From the human T2T-CHM13v2.0 reference genome, Homo sapiens, in the NCBI RefSeq assembly GCF_009914755.1, contig NC_060932.1: 64,000 nt of DNA. The stretch is one strand, 5' to 3'. A program made the translations under genes and the position numbers. Below are positions 14,090-28,119 of this stretch, piece after piece. The notes under the pieces were generated by a model. That model did no database searches. It was given only the letters and a program-made list of their open reading frames with translations, and was not told where the DNA came from. Every line of letters begins with the position of its first letter. The first letter of the stretch is position 1.

Positions 14090-14710
14090 TCCCTGCCACC
14101 GCATCGGACTCGCCAGCTTCAGGAAGGGGCCTCATCCTTCCGGGCGGGGCCGTATGGCCGCCCTCGGGCTCTGCAGCCGTGACTCAGCTCGGGAAGGTTG
14201 GCGCTCAGGCCTGGAGCCCGGGGCTGTGCGGGCACCAAACAAAGCAGCGCTCGCACGCGCCCTCCCAGGGCCGCGCCACACCTGCGGGGCCGCCTTGCTC
14301 GTTTCCCTCCAGGAGCCGCGCTGGCTGTTGCGGGGCAGGCTGGGCCCGCTGCTGCTGCAGTTGGCTCCGCGGCCGCCCCTAGCCGCCCCCAGCCGCCCCC
14401 GCCCGGTGAGTCACCCGCTCCCGGCCGCGCCGCCGCCCGGCCCGCTCTCACGCCTCCGAGCCTGCGCGCACCGCTCGCCGAGCCAGGTTCCCTCGGCAAG
14501 GGGCGCTCGATACGGGCGGGGATCCCCAGAGGCCGCGGCCTTCCTTGGCTGCCAGACAGACAGCGTTCCCAAGGAGGAAACCCCTGCCCCTCCGTCCCGT
14601 CGCGCGCACGGGCGGAAAGGACACCCAAACTGTCACCGTCCTGTCACTGTGTCTCCCCGCCTCCCTGATGCTGGTCACACCCTCCTGCGCTGGCTCTGTC
14701 TCGGGAGGGG
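14090..14710. promoter_or_regulatory. CpG island / candidate promoter
   Basis: Very GC-rich, CpG-dense stretch with GC box 'gggcggggc' (14141), 'gtgactcagc' (14179) and a 5' splice donor. Confidence 0.85.
14250..14405 (+). ncRNA. Candidate first exon of a spliced (probably non-coding) transcript; 5' boundary unknown
   Basis: Near-consensus donor CCG|GTGAGT (GT at 14406) inside the CpG island; start coordinate is a guess. Confidence 0.5.
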
Positions 14711-14774
14711 GTGGCAAGTCGCTGGTGGCCACCTCCCCCCACTGCCTTCAGGATTTCCCCTTCTCGGGCTGCCT

Positions 14775-15110
14775 AACGCTTCTCAGAGGTGGCTGTCCAT
14801 TAGAATCATTGGGAGCTGTAAAAATTCCTGATGCCCAGACCAATGAACTCAGAGCCACGGGGGTGGAGCCCGGGCACCACTTGCATTTTGTGAAGTTCCC
14901 CAGGTGACTCCACTGTTCAGCCAGAGTGGCGAACTACGGACCCAGACCTAGGCTTCCCAAACTCTGATGGGTTTGAAATCCCCTGGGATCTTGTTAAAAT
15001 GCAGGCCTCCATTCAGTAGGTCTAGGGAGGGGCCTGAGAGTGCGTATTTCTAACAAGCTCCCCGGTGATGCTACCGCTGCTGGGCTGAAGGTGACATTTG
15101 GAGCCACTCA
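14775..15110. mobile_element. Two adjacent MER5-family (hAT-Charlie) elements
   Basis: 'cattagaatcattgggagc...aagttccccaggtgactc' and 'cttgttaaaatgcag...tttctaacaagctccccggtgatgct'; a third MER5-like remnant lies at ~13660-13790. Confidence 0.75.
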
Positions 15111-17604
15111 ACACCCGCTGGCCCTTTACCTCTCCTCTTGTGTGGAAATAGAGAGGGCGTGGGCGCTGCAGCAGATGGACAGGGGTTTGAATCCCCCCTC
15201 TGCCACTCGCTAGTTAGGCGGAATTGGGCACAGCTCTTTGTGTATAAAATGGGATGGGGGTGGGGAGCAACACTCACTGCACGTTTCTAGTGAGGAGGAG
15301 GCGAGATCTTGCCTGGAAGATTCCTGGTGCCCTGAGTCCTTGGTGAAGGTCAGCTGTATTGGATGCTTTCGCTCTCTAGTGGCCCTCTTGGCTGAGTTGG
15401 CCAGGGAATGACAGAAGCAGAGGAAGGAACCTTCCAGGCCCCCTCCTTTCCCCTCTCATAGGAAAACTAGGCTGAAAACCATCACACTCCACTGCCTCCC
15501 CGGGGGCTGGAAGGGAAGGGCAGTATTGCTGTGTGTGGGAGCAGAGGGATGGGGGACCAAGAGCCCTGAGCGTCCCTGAGGAGGTTAGTGGGATTCTGGG
15601 GGGGCCTGAAGCCTGGAGAAAACAGGTCTCCTGGGGCAGACGCTGAGGGTTACAGGGGGACCTGGCAGATGCTAAGAGCCACAGAAGGCCAGAGAGTAGG
15701 AGGCCACCTGGTCAGGACCACAGTGGACACAAGGAAAAGGGGTGGAAGTAGGAGAGGGGACTGACAGTGTGTGAGGAGTCTCAGTTCCTCCTCGGAAATG
15801 TTGTAGCAGAGCATTAATTGTACCGATTTCCTGGAAGCCATCTGAGGCTGAGTCTCACCCCTCCTGCTCACTAGTTGCGTGGCCTTGGGCAAGGAGACTT
15901 AAGCTCTCCGGTCCTCAATTTCTCCATCTGTAAAATAGAGTTATTATCACTGGTAACTCACAGGATGCTGTGAGGACTAAACAAGGCAATCTTGCAAAGC
16001 CCTCAAGTCAGCAGGTGACACACAGTGAGCCTCCTATAGGTGATGATGATGATGATTCCCATTGCACAGACGGGCAACCTAAGGCTCAGAGGGCTTAAGT
16101 AACACCCAGGTCTGTGCTCGCCTCTCTGTCACGAAGGTGGAAAAGTGCCTCTTAGGCTCTCATTAGATCTGGACACACCTTTTAACCAGTATTCTGAGTT
16201 GGCGTAGGGCCGATCGTGCATGCTGGGGGCGAAGCCCATTCTTGGTCTGGTTCTTCTGAGGCTCCAGCCAGAATATGTCTCATTTAGTGGCTCAGTGAAG
16301 GGGTTGGAAGTCAGAGGCTCTGGATGAAAGCTAGCTGCCTTCCTCAGGACTGGTACCGGGGCCACGTGTCATGAGATTGTGTGTGATATAAGATGTGCGA
16401 AGGTTCTGTTAGGATCTGTCCAAATACCAGGCACAGTTAGGATTTTTTCTTATTAATGCACATGAGATTGTAAGACCACACTTTCTTTTAAATCACAGTG
16501 TAGCTCTGATGAACAGCTCAGTAGGCAGGGTTTTTTGAAAAACAAACTTTCTTCCACTCGGAGCTCATGGACATGGAGCAAGGGACCTGGAGCTGAGAAG
16601 TGGAGCTCTGGTCCTAGGGCCACCTCTCTGGGTTCCCAAAGTCCCCTTGGAATGCTGTAACCCCGCATTGTTCTAGAATCATTGCTTTTCATGTCCTTCT
16701 CCCCACCCCTAGACAGTCAGCCCTTTGAAGGCAAGGACTATGTCCTATTCCACCTTGAATTCTCATCACCAAGCGGAACGCCTGACACCTAATCTAGTCA
16801 GTGCTTACTAAGTGCTCATTATCAATGCAAGAATAACAGAGCTATGGAACCTGGCAGCCACCTCATTTCTTTGGGCCTCAGTCTTCTCATGCAGAACTTG
16901 GGATTGGACTAAATTGGATCTCCTAGGCTGCCTCTGACTCTAACAATTCTCTGATTTAAATTATTCTTCATCTGGATGTAATCCACCTTGCTTTTCCATC
17001 CCAGGTACACATTTTTACATTTGACCTTGAATTTGTGGTTTGCTCCTTGCTCAGGTGGGTGGACAAGCTTGATAAAATGATTATAAATGCTCTGCTAGTT
17101 GAGGCCGGAAATTCCTTTATCATTAAATTCTTCTTGACGAGGCCATTGGTCTGTTTTTCACTAGAGGTAGATTGGGTTGATCATTTTAGGTGGGTGGAAC
17201 CAGTTTTCTCTTCCCCACTCACCTGGGCAGCCTCTATAACATCCTTGGGCTCATTGCCTCTGTGTCCTCAGTGGAGTGACCACCCTCTGCCCCCTTTTCT
17301 TTGCCTGGGCTTCTCTCTTGGCAAAGAGAATGTGCAGGCTGTTTAGATTAAGGGAAGGTGCCCCCTGCCCCCAACTGGACTCGACAGGACACATAGGCCC
17401 ACGAGACTGTCATCTCCCACAGGAAAAGATGAGTGATGCCAGCCCCCGTCCCTGCTAAAATACCTCCCTAATTGTTAGGCTAAGAGAGTCAAAACACAAC
17501 ATATTGTCTAAAGGGAATCTTTTCCCTTCCAGGAAAGCAGCCATAGTGGGATTTTCTGTAATATTAGCTTAACACTTGGCTATCTGCCACTACAAGTCAC
17601 TATG

Positions 17605-18088
17605 TGTGATAGTCTGCAGAGATGGCCATCAACAGGCCATCCCTGTATTCACATGCTATTCCTCTCATCACAGGGTGGAGTCAGTGCCCCTCCCCTTGAA
17701 ACTACGCTGCTCGTGACTGGCTTTGGCCCAAAGAATGAGACAGAGGGGCGCTGTTCCAGTTCTAGGCCTAGACTTACTGGCTTGGCAGCTTCTATTTTCC
17801 CTCTCTTGCCACCCTGTGCCACCATATAAAGTCCAGGTTGTCCTGCTGGGCAGAGGACCTGCAGCCAACCCCAGGGCCCCAAGTATGAGAGAGGCCCTAG
17901 TCATAGAGAGATGCCCTAGTCATAGTCAGGCCAGCCTGGCCCATGCCACATGGAATCATTCCCAAATGGTACTTCTGGGCTCTGCCCAAAGTCCTGCCCC
18001 ACAGAACTGGGAGCAATACAGATGGTTTTGTCATTTAAGCCACCAAATTTTAGGGTGGTTTGCTAGATAGCAATCGTTAACAGAAACA
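17605..18088 (+). mobile_element. MLT1 (F/G/H-like) solo LTR
   Basis: 'tgtgatagtctgcagagatggcc...ttaagccaccaaattttagggtggtttgctagatagcaatcgttaacagaaaca'. Confidence 0.7.
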
Positions 18089-18309
18089 CCATACTCTAAT
18101 TTCTTCATTTGCAAAATGGTGGGTCTACCTTGCATCTTTAAGGTCAGGCCAGTGCCTCGGTAACTCATGTCCAGCTCTCTTTCCATAAATGAGCATTTTA
18201 ACATCTGGCCCCAAACAAGAGTTTGAAATTAGGAAAAAACTCCCCTAAAGCCCAGAAACTACCACTAACACAACTAGAATTCATCAGGGAAAATAGAAGA
18301 ATGTGCCAT

Positions 18310-18545
18310 TTCAAAGCACTGGCTTTGGAGCGGAGCTCCCTGGCTTTGAGTTCCAGTTCTGCCTCACCCTGGCCATCTGATCTTGGACAACAAGTTTCTT
18401 TCTACAAGTCTCAGTCTCCTTATCTGTAAAATAGGGTAATAATAGTACCTACTTACAGCATTAATGTGAGGATTTAGTAAGATCATGTCAGTACATTGTT
18501 TAGCATGGTGCTTGCATGTTGAGGGCATTTAATGAATGGTAGCCC
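18310..18545 (+). mobile_element. MIR SINE
   Basis: 'tctcagtctccttatctgtaaaatagggtaataatagtacctac' is the MIR core. Confidence 0.8.
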
Positions 18546-19679
18546 CTCTTTTTGTTGGAGCCTATAATATTTTTTGCTTTTATGTCTGTCTAGAGAGGGA
18601 GTAAAAAATAACCAAAACACAATAGCTCAACCCTGCCCCCCAGCCAATAAGAAAATGAAATCGCACATCACCAGGGCACTCATAGCAATGGTAAATATCA
18701 TCTCTGTAGGTTCAGAGAAATTTAAAGGATTTTTTCAGTGTTAAAAAAAAAATTGCGTGGGAGGGGCAGAGGGAAGAGGCTGGATAATGACTTACTTTTG
18801 TTTCTAAAAGGTAATAATCCTCCTTGAATTTATGATTAAAAGAAGGTCAGATAAAAAGGATTAAAAATTAATTTCTGGCTTTGTCAAAATAAAGCACAAG
18901 AAAGCGGGATGTTGGTGAGCACATTTCTCAAGAAAAATAATAGTGGAATAAGAAAAATCAGAACCTATCCTTCTGCCATCTGCCACAGATGATTTTGTAG
19001 CTTTCTACAAGAATCTTATTACCATCTTCTAAGAGGCTGATTGTAGTCACCAGCACAACGATGAAGACAGGGGCACCACCACCCACACATGCCCACAGCG
19101 TCCGCCTGCTCTGGCAGCGAGGCGGCTGCATGGGAACTTGGTCCTCTCCCAATTTCCTCACTCCTATACAGGAATGCAATAGTCAGACGAAAGCTCTGCT
19201 TCAGCAAGGAGAGAGTTACTCTTTAGAAAATAGCTGTTTCAGGCAGTGAGAACAATGAGGAGAGACTGGCCTAGAGGAGACGAGAATAACACTTCAAACC
19301 CACATTTGCTTCTAGTTCTGGGCCTCCTGGGTCTCCTCTCTCCCAGCCTAATCAAGTGCTACATTTTCTAGAGCTTCTAAAACCTGGGACTGCCAGATCT
19401 GAGGTGCAGGAAAAATGTACCCTCCCCTCTTCCAACTCCTCAAATCATCTGCCCACCTTGTTTTCCAAAGGAAAGCAAGACAATACAAGACTGTTCTCAA
19501 GTGGCTGTCACCTACTCAGGGGCTATGAAAAGAATTTAGAGCTTTGAGATGAAAATGTCACAGGAGAAAATGAGATGAAGGCCAGGAGATGATTTTCGAA
19601 GAAGTTTTAAGAAATGCTGATTTTTTTTTTTTACCACCTCTTTGAGTCAGTTTTCCTGAATAAGTGTGTGAGGCTGGAA

Positions 19680-19769
19680 CATGTGCGTGTGTGTGTGTGT
19701 ATGTGTGTGTGTGCATAGACATATGCTGCATACATATATACACACATGCATATATACACCATATGTATG

Positions 19770-19800
<31 letters not shown>

Positions 19801-19812
19801 GCACATACATGT
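19680..19812. repeat. Compound (TG)n...(CA)n/(TA)n microsatellite with inverted symmetry
   Basis: Read directly: TG tract, mixed centre, then CA tract. Confidence 0.9.
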
Positions 19813-20160
19813 GAATGAAACGAATGCCACCCAGTGATTTACTCTGTCCAGGAAGGCTTGAATCCATGAGAGTCTAGAAATGCACTAAACCCTTCAGGCA
19901 CTCATGATTCAAGCAGACCTTTTCACTGGGTCTAGAATTGTAAAGACTCAAGCCCAAAGGGTAGCTTGATCTGGTCCAGCGTGATTTTAATTCGGAGTCT
20001 TTGGTCTCCTTGTCTAGAGATGTTCTAGCTCCCCAAGCAAAATGCTGCCCATCTGGTGTCTCCTTGACTCTAAACACTCTGGCTACATGAGCTGGCAGTT
20101 TTTCTTTGAAGGAGTCTTTAAAAGACACATGAGCCGATAGGTACCATACAGGGAGGATGA

Positions 20161-20534
<374 letters not shown>

Positions 20535-21116
20535 GCATTGGAACTTTTAACCTGCTAGGTTCATTATTCGTAAAGCTAACTGACAATACTGAATTACTTT
20601 CAGGAGAGTCTTAGCTAAGGCTGTGACAATTGCCAGTAGTGGAAACTAATACGAATCTTTAAAAGTTTCATAATAGGTGGGCCCAGACAACAGTGAACAG
20701 TGAGCGAGGGGCTCAGATGAAGCCACCAGAGCTTTCCATCTCTTGGTTTTTACCTCTCTCTGCAGGCTCTGTTCTCACTCATGGCTGATGGGCAAAGGCG
20801 ACTAAGGAGGCACGGCTCCGTGAGGATGTCCTTACAACTTTGCAACCCCCAAGGAAAAAGAGGTTGTTTTCCCAATATCTACTGTAAAACCTAAGAGGAA
20901 AATTTCACGTTGCTGCAGCTTGGATCATGCATTTATCATTTGGACCACCTCTGAGGACAGGGAGTTGCGGTCTGTGAGCCACACAGGGAGTGGGTCGGGC
21001 AGTAACTTTAAGGAAGTGGGGACAGAAGAAACTGTGCTCACAAAAAAACAAGTGTTTGCCTCATGTGCATAAACTACCTTCAACATTGACTAGATCTGTC
21101 TCTTCTCTTCTTTCAG

Positions 21117-21353
21117 ATGTGGATTTTATGGAATAGATGCTATGTGGTGGAATCCTGAGTCACGGCCAAACAGCAAATGCCAGCAAGAGTAGAGTAGGAG
21201 GCATTTCTGTGTACACTTTGGGAAAAAGTCCATTCCTCACTTGGTTTCATTTCTGGCCTGAGCCGCTGCGTCCTCCACCTGAAGCCCTGACCTCTCCGTT
21301 ACTGACTGGATCCCAATGTGCCACAGTTCACCTGCATAAGGAGGGGGTCGAAG
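21117..21353 (+). ncRNA. Candidate internal exon (237 nt)
   Basis: Strong acceptor 'tctcttctcttctttcag|A' and donor 'AAG|gtatgt'; an alternative donor GT|gtaaga is at 21397. Confidence 0.55.
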
Positions 21354-22421
21354 GTATGTCCACACCCTGCGGCCGACTGTTGCCGTGGCCACAGGTGTAA
21401 GAGTTCCTGTCTGAGACATACCTACTCTCTTCAGCCACCGGTTGATGCCACAGATCCCTGACTGTGACATCTGGAGCCAGCTCACCCGGTTGTGTAGATT
21501 CAGAAATGTTTATTCCTCTTCCCTCTGAGGCCTGCATGTTCTGACCCTGTGGCTCACGTAACAATACTAGCTGATATCACCGTGAGCCATGCATTGTTCT
21601 AAGCACTTAAATTATATTAATTTATTTTACTCACATTGCCTTATGTGGAATGTATAATTATTGTTATCCCCACTTTACAGACAAGAAAACTGTGAGAGGC
21701 TAAGTAATTTGCTGAGCTCATATGACATCTAAATGGCAGAGCTCAGAAACCTCAGGGATTAGAGTGAAGTAGGTAAGTATACAGACCCTGGAGTCAGACC
21801 AGCTTCATCATACTGCTTGACCTTGGGCGATGGTGTAATTTCTCTGAGCCTTGTCTCCTCATCTGCAAAATGGAACTTCACATTCGCAGTGTATTCCAGG
21901 CATTCTCTGTCCTCTTCTTGGCCTACTTTCTCCTCCTAGGTCATCTCCTTCCATCTTGTAGCTTTAAAATCTGCCTATATACTGATGATTTGCAATGTTG
22001 GATCTTCAGGCTCGCTCTCCCCCATGAACCCCTAATTCTTTTAGCCACTTGATCATTTCTGCTGGAACATCCATTTGCATTGTACAGCTGGCAAAAGGGA
22101 ACTACTGCTTTTCCTTACTTAAGTCTTTCCTCCCCATCATCCCAATCTCAGTGCGTGGTACCAGCATCTACCCAGTTGCTCAGGTGAAGAGCCTAGAATT
22201 ATAATTGAATTTCTCTTTTTGCTCGCCCCATAATCAATCTTTTATTAAATCCTCTTGGCTAACCCCTAAAATATTCCTGAATGCAGATCACCTTCACTGT
22301 TTCCAGTCATAGCGGTCATCCCAGCCTACGATCTCCAGCCTTAATCACTACATGACCTTCTAATGGGTTTCCCTGCCTCCATCCTTGCTGTCAATTACAT
22401 CATCTTCACATCTCTGCTTAA

Positions 22422-22907
<486 letters not shown>

Positions 22908-23159
22908 ACCACCACACTTTTTTCCTGTCCCAGGGCAGTTGCACCTACTGTTCCTTCTGCCTCTAGTCTCTTCCCGAAGCTCTGCAGGGCCACATCTTCC
23001 CTGTCTCTCAGGTCTTAACTCAGTTGTGAGCTCCTCAAAGAGACCATCCCTGAACATCGAAGCAGAATAGCACCCTTCCACAGTGCTCCAGCATATCACT
23101 CCATTTCCCATAGCACCACGTATGAGCACCTGAAATAATCTTCAGGTTTTCAGGTTTGT

Positions 23160-23494
<335 letters not shown>

Positions 23495-23672
23495 TGACTT
23501 ACTGACAGGGACCTTGCCTGTCTTATTCATTGCTCTATCCTAGCACCCAGAATAGTGCATGGCACTTAATAGGTGCTCAATAAGCAATTGTGAGCTGACT
23601 GATGTGCGCTTAAGGTTGTCGTTAAGATTAAATATATATTAAAACACTGCTTTAGAAAACTAGCTGTTTCCT

Positions 23673-23973
23673 TTTTTTTTTTTTTTTTTTTTTGAGATGA
23701 AGTCTTGCTGCCTTGCCCAGGCTGGAGTGTGGTGGCATAATCTCGGCTCACTGCAACCTCCACCTCCGAGTTCAAGCGATTCTCCTGCCTCAGCCTCCAA
23801 GGAGCTGGGACTGCAGGCGTGTAGCACCACGCCTGGCTAATTTTTGTATTTTTAGTTGAGACGGGGTTTCACCATGCTGGCCAGGCTGGTCTCAAACTCC
23901 TGACCTCAAGTGACCTGCCCACCTTGGTCTCACAAAGTACTGGGATTACAGACGTGAACCACCATGCCCAGTC
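23673..23973 (-). mobile_element. Alu (AluS-like) with TSD
   Basis: TSD aaaactagctgtttc / aaaactggctgtttc. Confidence 0.93.
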
Positions 23974-23989
23974 AAAACTGGCTGTTTCT

Positions 23990-24690
<701 letters not shown>

Positions 24691-25692
24691 TACCTGCGGG
24701 CTGAGAATGACGCACACAGCTTTTTTGATACCCGGAAGTGAGACAAACTCATAAGATGGGGTAAGGATTTGCATTCACAAATGGTGGAGGGGTCAGTGCG
24801 GATACTGCTGGTGGAAAGAATGTCTATAGCCTCAGTAATTTTGGGAAGCTATGTGCAAGGCAGCCCGGGCCAATAAAGGTTTGTGGAACAGCTGGAAAAA
24901 CACAGAGCTTTCAAAGAACACCAAGGAGGATGCTGCGGCTTCACGCAGAAATCAGATCTGGAAATGTAATGCACACGAAGAGTATGACCCCAGCAGTGAC
25001 CGTTGCTGTGGCAGGTGGCTTCCTGCCCAGCTGGAGGGAGGAGGGTTGCTGGGGGGAAGTGTGGTAAATCTTTTCCTGTGCTGCGGGCCCTTGTCCTCCA
25101 GGCGGCACGGGCCTGGGGTGTTCCTCCCTCTAGTGGTAAGCAAAGCTCCTTCGGGGGCCCTTTTTCGCTTTGTCTGAAACTATGCAAAGAGTGAACAAAA
25201 CAGGAAGAGGCCTATCAGGTGTCTACGTAAGAACCAACCAAAAGATCAAGACTCCTTCCCACTCCAAGCTGCTGGCGGTAGTGCACAGAATGGCAAAGGC
25301 CCTCTGTGATCCTCTAGCGGCAGTGTCTCCCCAGCTTGCCCGTCGGCCCTCCATGGTGCTGCAGCAGTGGCTTTAGCCAGTTGGGAAACCCAGAGATCCA
25401 AATTAACTGCTCAGTGTGCAGCCAGAGTCTTGTGAAACCTACAGTAAGCTGAATTCAGAAAATGTGCGATGACATGACAAGGCCACAGAGACAGAGCGAA
25501 GGGAACAGGCTCCTTGGGGACACGGATATGCTCCACAGGGGCCACTTGCTTCCACTGGGAATTATGTTAATCCTGTGCGGGTATTTACTGTGGCTTCTCT
25601 CCTCAAATGCACTTCCCTCCAACTGATCAAAAAGTCCCCACTTTCTGGAGGGTTGGGAATGTGTTTTATTGTTCTCAATAATATCCAGTTTT

Positions 25693-25926
25693 GGATGTGA
25701 GGGCGATCTGGCTGAGACATCTGTCACCCCATTGATTGCCAGGGTTGATTCAGCTGCTCTGGCTGGCTAGGCGGGTGTCTCCTTCCTCCCTTGCTGCTCC
25801 ATGTGCACCCTCCCGAAGCCGCACGCTCAGTGGAAGAGGACGACCATCTCCGATAGAGGACGACTGGTCTTCGGTTAAGGGTATAGACTAGCTGCGCTCC
25901 CCTGCTAGAACCTCCAGACAAGCTCT
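25693..25926 (+). pseudogene. RN7SKP: 7SK snRNA retropseudogene, 3'-truncated (about nt 1-235), no poly(A)
   Basis: Starts GGATGTGAGGGCGATCTGGCTG...TGTCACCCCATTGAT and ends ...CCTGCTAGAACCTCCAGACAAGCTCT, colinear with 7SK; TSD ataatatccagt(t/c)tt at 25678-25692 and 25929-25943. Confidence 0.95.
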
Positions 25927-26844
25927 TGATAATATCCAGTCTTAAAGAAGGATCTGTTACATGTGCTTCAGAACAAGTGGATTAAGTACAATTGAAGATT
26001 CCATGTATAATTTCAATCATCTTTTAGTTAAAAAAAAATTTAACTGAAAGCATTTCCGTAAGAGCTACTCCAACCTGGAGATCACCAAGTAAAACGGAGG
26101 AGAAGGGCCAAAAGTTTGAGAAAATGGATTTCAGTTTGAGCTGAAATACTAAGTAAAGTCCTACCTAAAGTTGACTTTATCCCCAAGTGAAATGGAGAGA
26201 AATCAAGAGGGTAACATATGAGATCAGTCAACCGTGGGCATGACAGGGAGTCAGTGAGTAAGCAGTTTTAGAGAATCAACAGCCTGCAATTCCATCAAGA
26301 TAGTTGAGAGACAGACCCAGGAATCATCCTAGCAAAGCGACAGCCTCCGTCACTTGCAGTGGCTAAAAGATGTGAAGACAAGACACCATCAAGCCCAAAT
26401 CTTATTGGTTACAAAAATGGCTGAATCTAATAATGCTGACAACACATTATATCAACCAAGGTGAAGTCTAAGTAGTTTTACTTTATTTAGATGATGTATC
26501 TGGATTTTTCCTGTTCAATTTTCTTAGATCTTTGAAGGAATTGCCCTGTGTCCATTCCAAGTATTTCTGGTGAGTCATCAAGTTTCCTGGCTGCAGGAGT
26601 GGGTTCATTCCCCCATGCCCCAGCAACAGTGATCAGAATAAAAAGGGTGAATGCAAGATCTAATAGGCCAAATCCATTTATATACGGATGGTGGGATGAA
26701 AACACTTTTTTTTTGTTGTTTGTTTTTTCTATCGAGATTTTTATAATGGAAGGATATACATCTGAGGCTGTGGTGGGAAGAGCTTTCTGTAGCATGAAAG
26801 GAAGAAAAGAGAAGCAGAGAGGAGAGGCAGACAGAGATTCAACA

Positions 26845-27030
26845 GCAGTGGTTTCCAACCTTGGCTAAACATTGGAATCAACTGCGGAGCTTGAAAAAAT
26901 ACTGGTGCCTGGATCCCAGCCCCAGAAATTTTCATTTGGTTGGTTTTCGGTGCTGCCTAGGCCTTGGGACTTTTAAAAGCTTTCTTGGTGATTCTTACAA
27001 GCAGCTGAGGATAGAAACCACTTGTCTTGA
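26845..27030 (+). mobile_element. MER5-family element
   Basis: 'cagtggtttccaaccttggctaaacattggaatca...aaaagctttcttggtgattct...agaaaccact'. Confidence 0.75.
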
Positions 27031-27125
27031 AGCACCAGGTCACATTTGAGCCCGGGGCACAAATTCCAGCTGTTCTTTCTTGTTCTGTAACCCATCTTGG
27101 TATCCTCAGTTGTCAATAACTTCTC

Positions 27126-27157
<32 letters not shown>

Positions 27158-27574
27158 TTAATTTAGTTTGAGTTGAATTTCTGTTATATGCGGCCAAAAG
27201 AAGTCTAACTAAGAAACTAAAAATACTCTGTAATCATAGCTAACATTGATTCAGCCTCAGTGATGTGCAAGGCACTGTTTGAAGTGCTTACTTGCAGTAA
27301 CTTGTTTAATTTAATTCTTACAGCATCCCTATAATTTGAAAGCCATTATTGTCCCTATTTTACAGGTGAGGAAATGAGACATCAAAAGATTAAGTGACTT
27401 GCTAAAATTTACACTGCCTACGAAAGCTGACCTGGAATGTGAACCAGAAATTGTCCTTAACCAAATCACCTCACTGTCTCTCAAGGTAAAACCAAGTAAG
27501 GAGGCAGATTCTCTGCATTAAACCCCAAAATGGAGTCTTCAAATAGCCATAATATAAGTGCTGTATAAAAATAA

Positions 27575-27714
27575 TTTAAATTTTTTTCTCTTTTATAGAG
27601 ATGGGGTCTCACTACATTGCCCAGGCTGGCTCTCAAATTCCTGGCCTCAAACGATCCTCTTGCCTTGGCCTCCCAATATGCTGGGATTACAGGCATGAGC
27701 CAACACACCCAGCT
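27575..27714 (-). mobile_element. Alu monomer (FLAM-like)
   Basis: Single left-arm-type unit 'gagatggggtctcactacattgcccaggctgg...gagccaacacacccagc'. Confidence 0.8.
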
Positions 27715-28119
27715 GTGAGTATTTTTTATCAGGAAGAAGCTTTTGGCTGTAAGAACAGAAAGTTCCAACTCTACCAACTTGCACGCTTATTTAATATCTG
27801 GAGGTGGGGCAGTTCCGGGACTGGCTGTTGCAGTAGCTCATTTGAAGCCATCTGGTCTCCAGCTTCCTTCCCCCTTTCTGCTCTGCCCTGCCCAGTGTGC
27901 TGGCCTCTTTCTCAGGCTGGTTGCCCCCAGCTAGCAAGGGGGCTGCAGACCCCAAACATCGCATTCTCATGCAACAACCATAGGCAGAGAAAGGTGCTGT
28001 TTATTCACCTGTGTCTCTTCTTACCAGGTATTAAAGAAACACCTTGTGCTAAAGGCCTCCAGTGGAATTCCCCTTGTGTTTCATTATGGGAAAGGGGGAA
28101 TGGGAGCACCAGGATTCAC

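Noticed and set aside
14154-14831. 225-aa unspliced ORF and overlapping 156-169 aa ORFs on both strands
   Set aside because: Long ORFs in several frames are expected in stop-poor CpG islands; the composition is P/R/A/G-rich with no domain; the ORF crosses a strong donor and ends in a MER5
25693-25926. Functional 7SK gene
   Set aside because: Lacks the 3' ~95 nt and the oligo-T terminator, has many substitutions, and is flanked by a TSD
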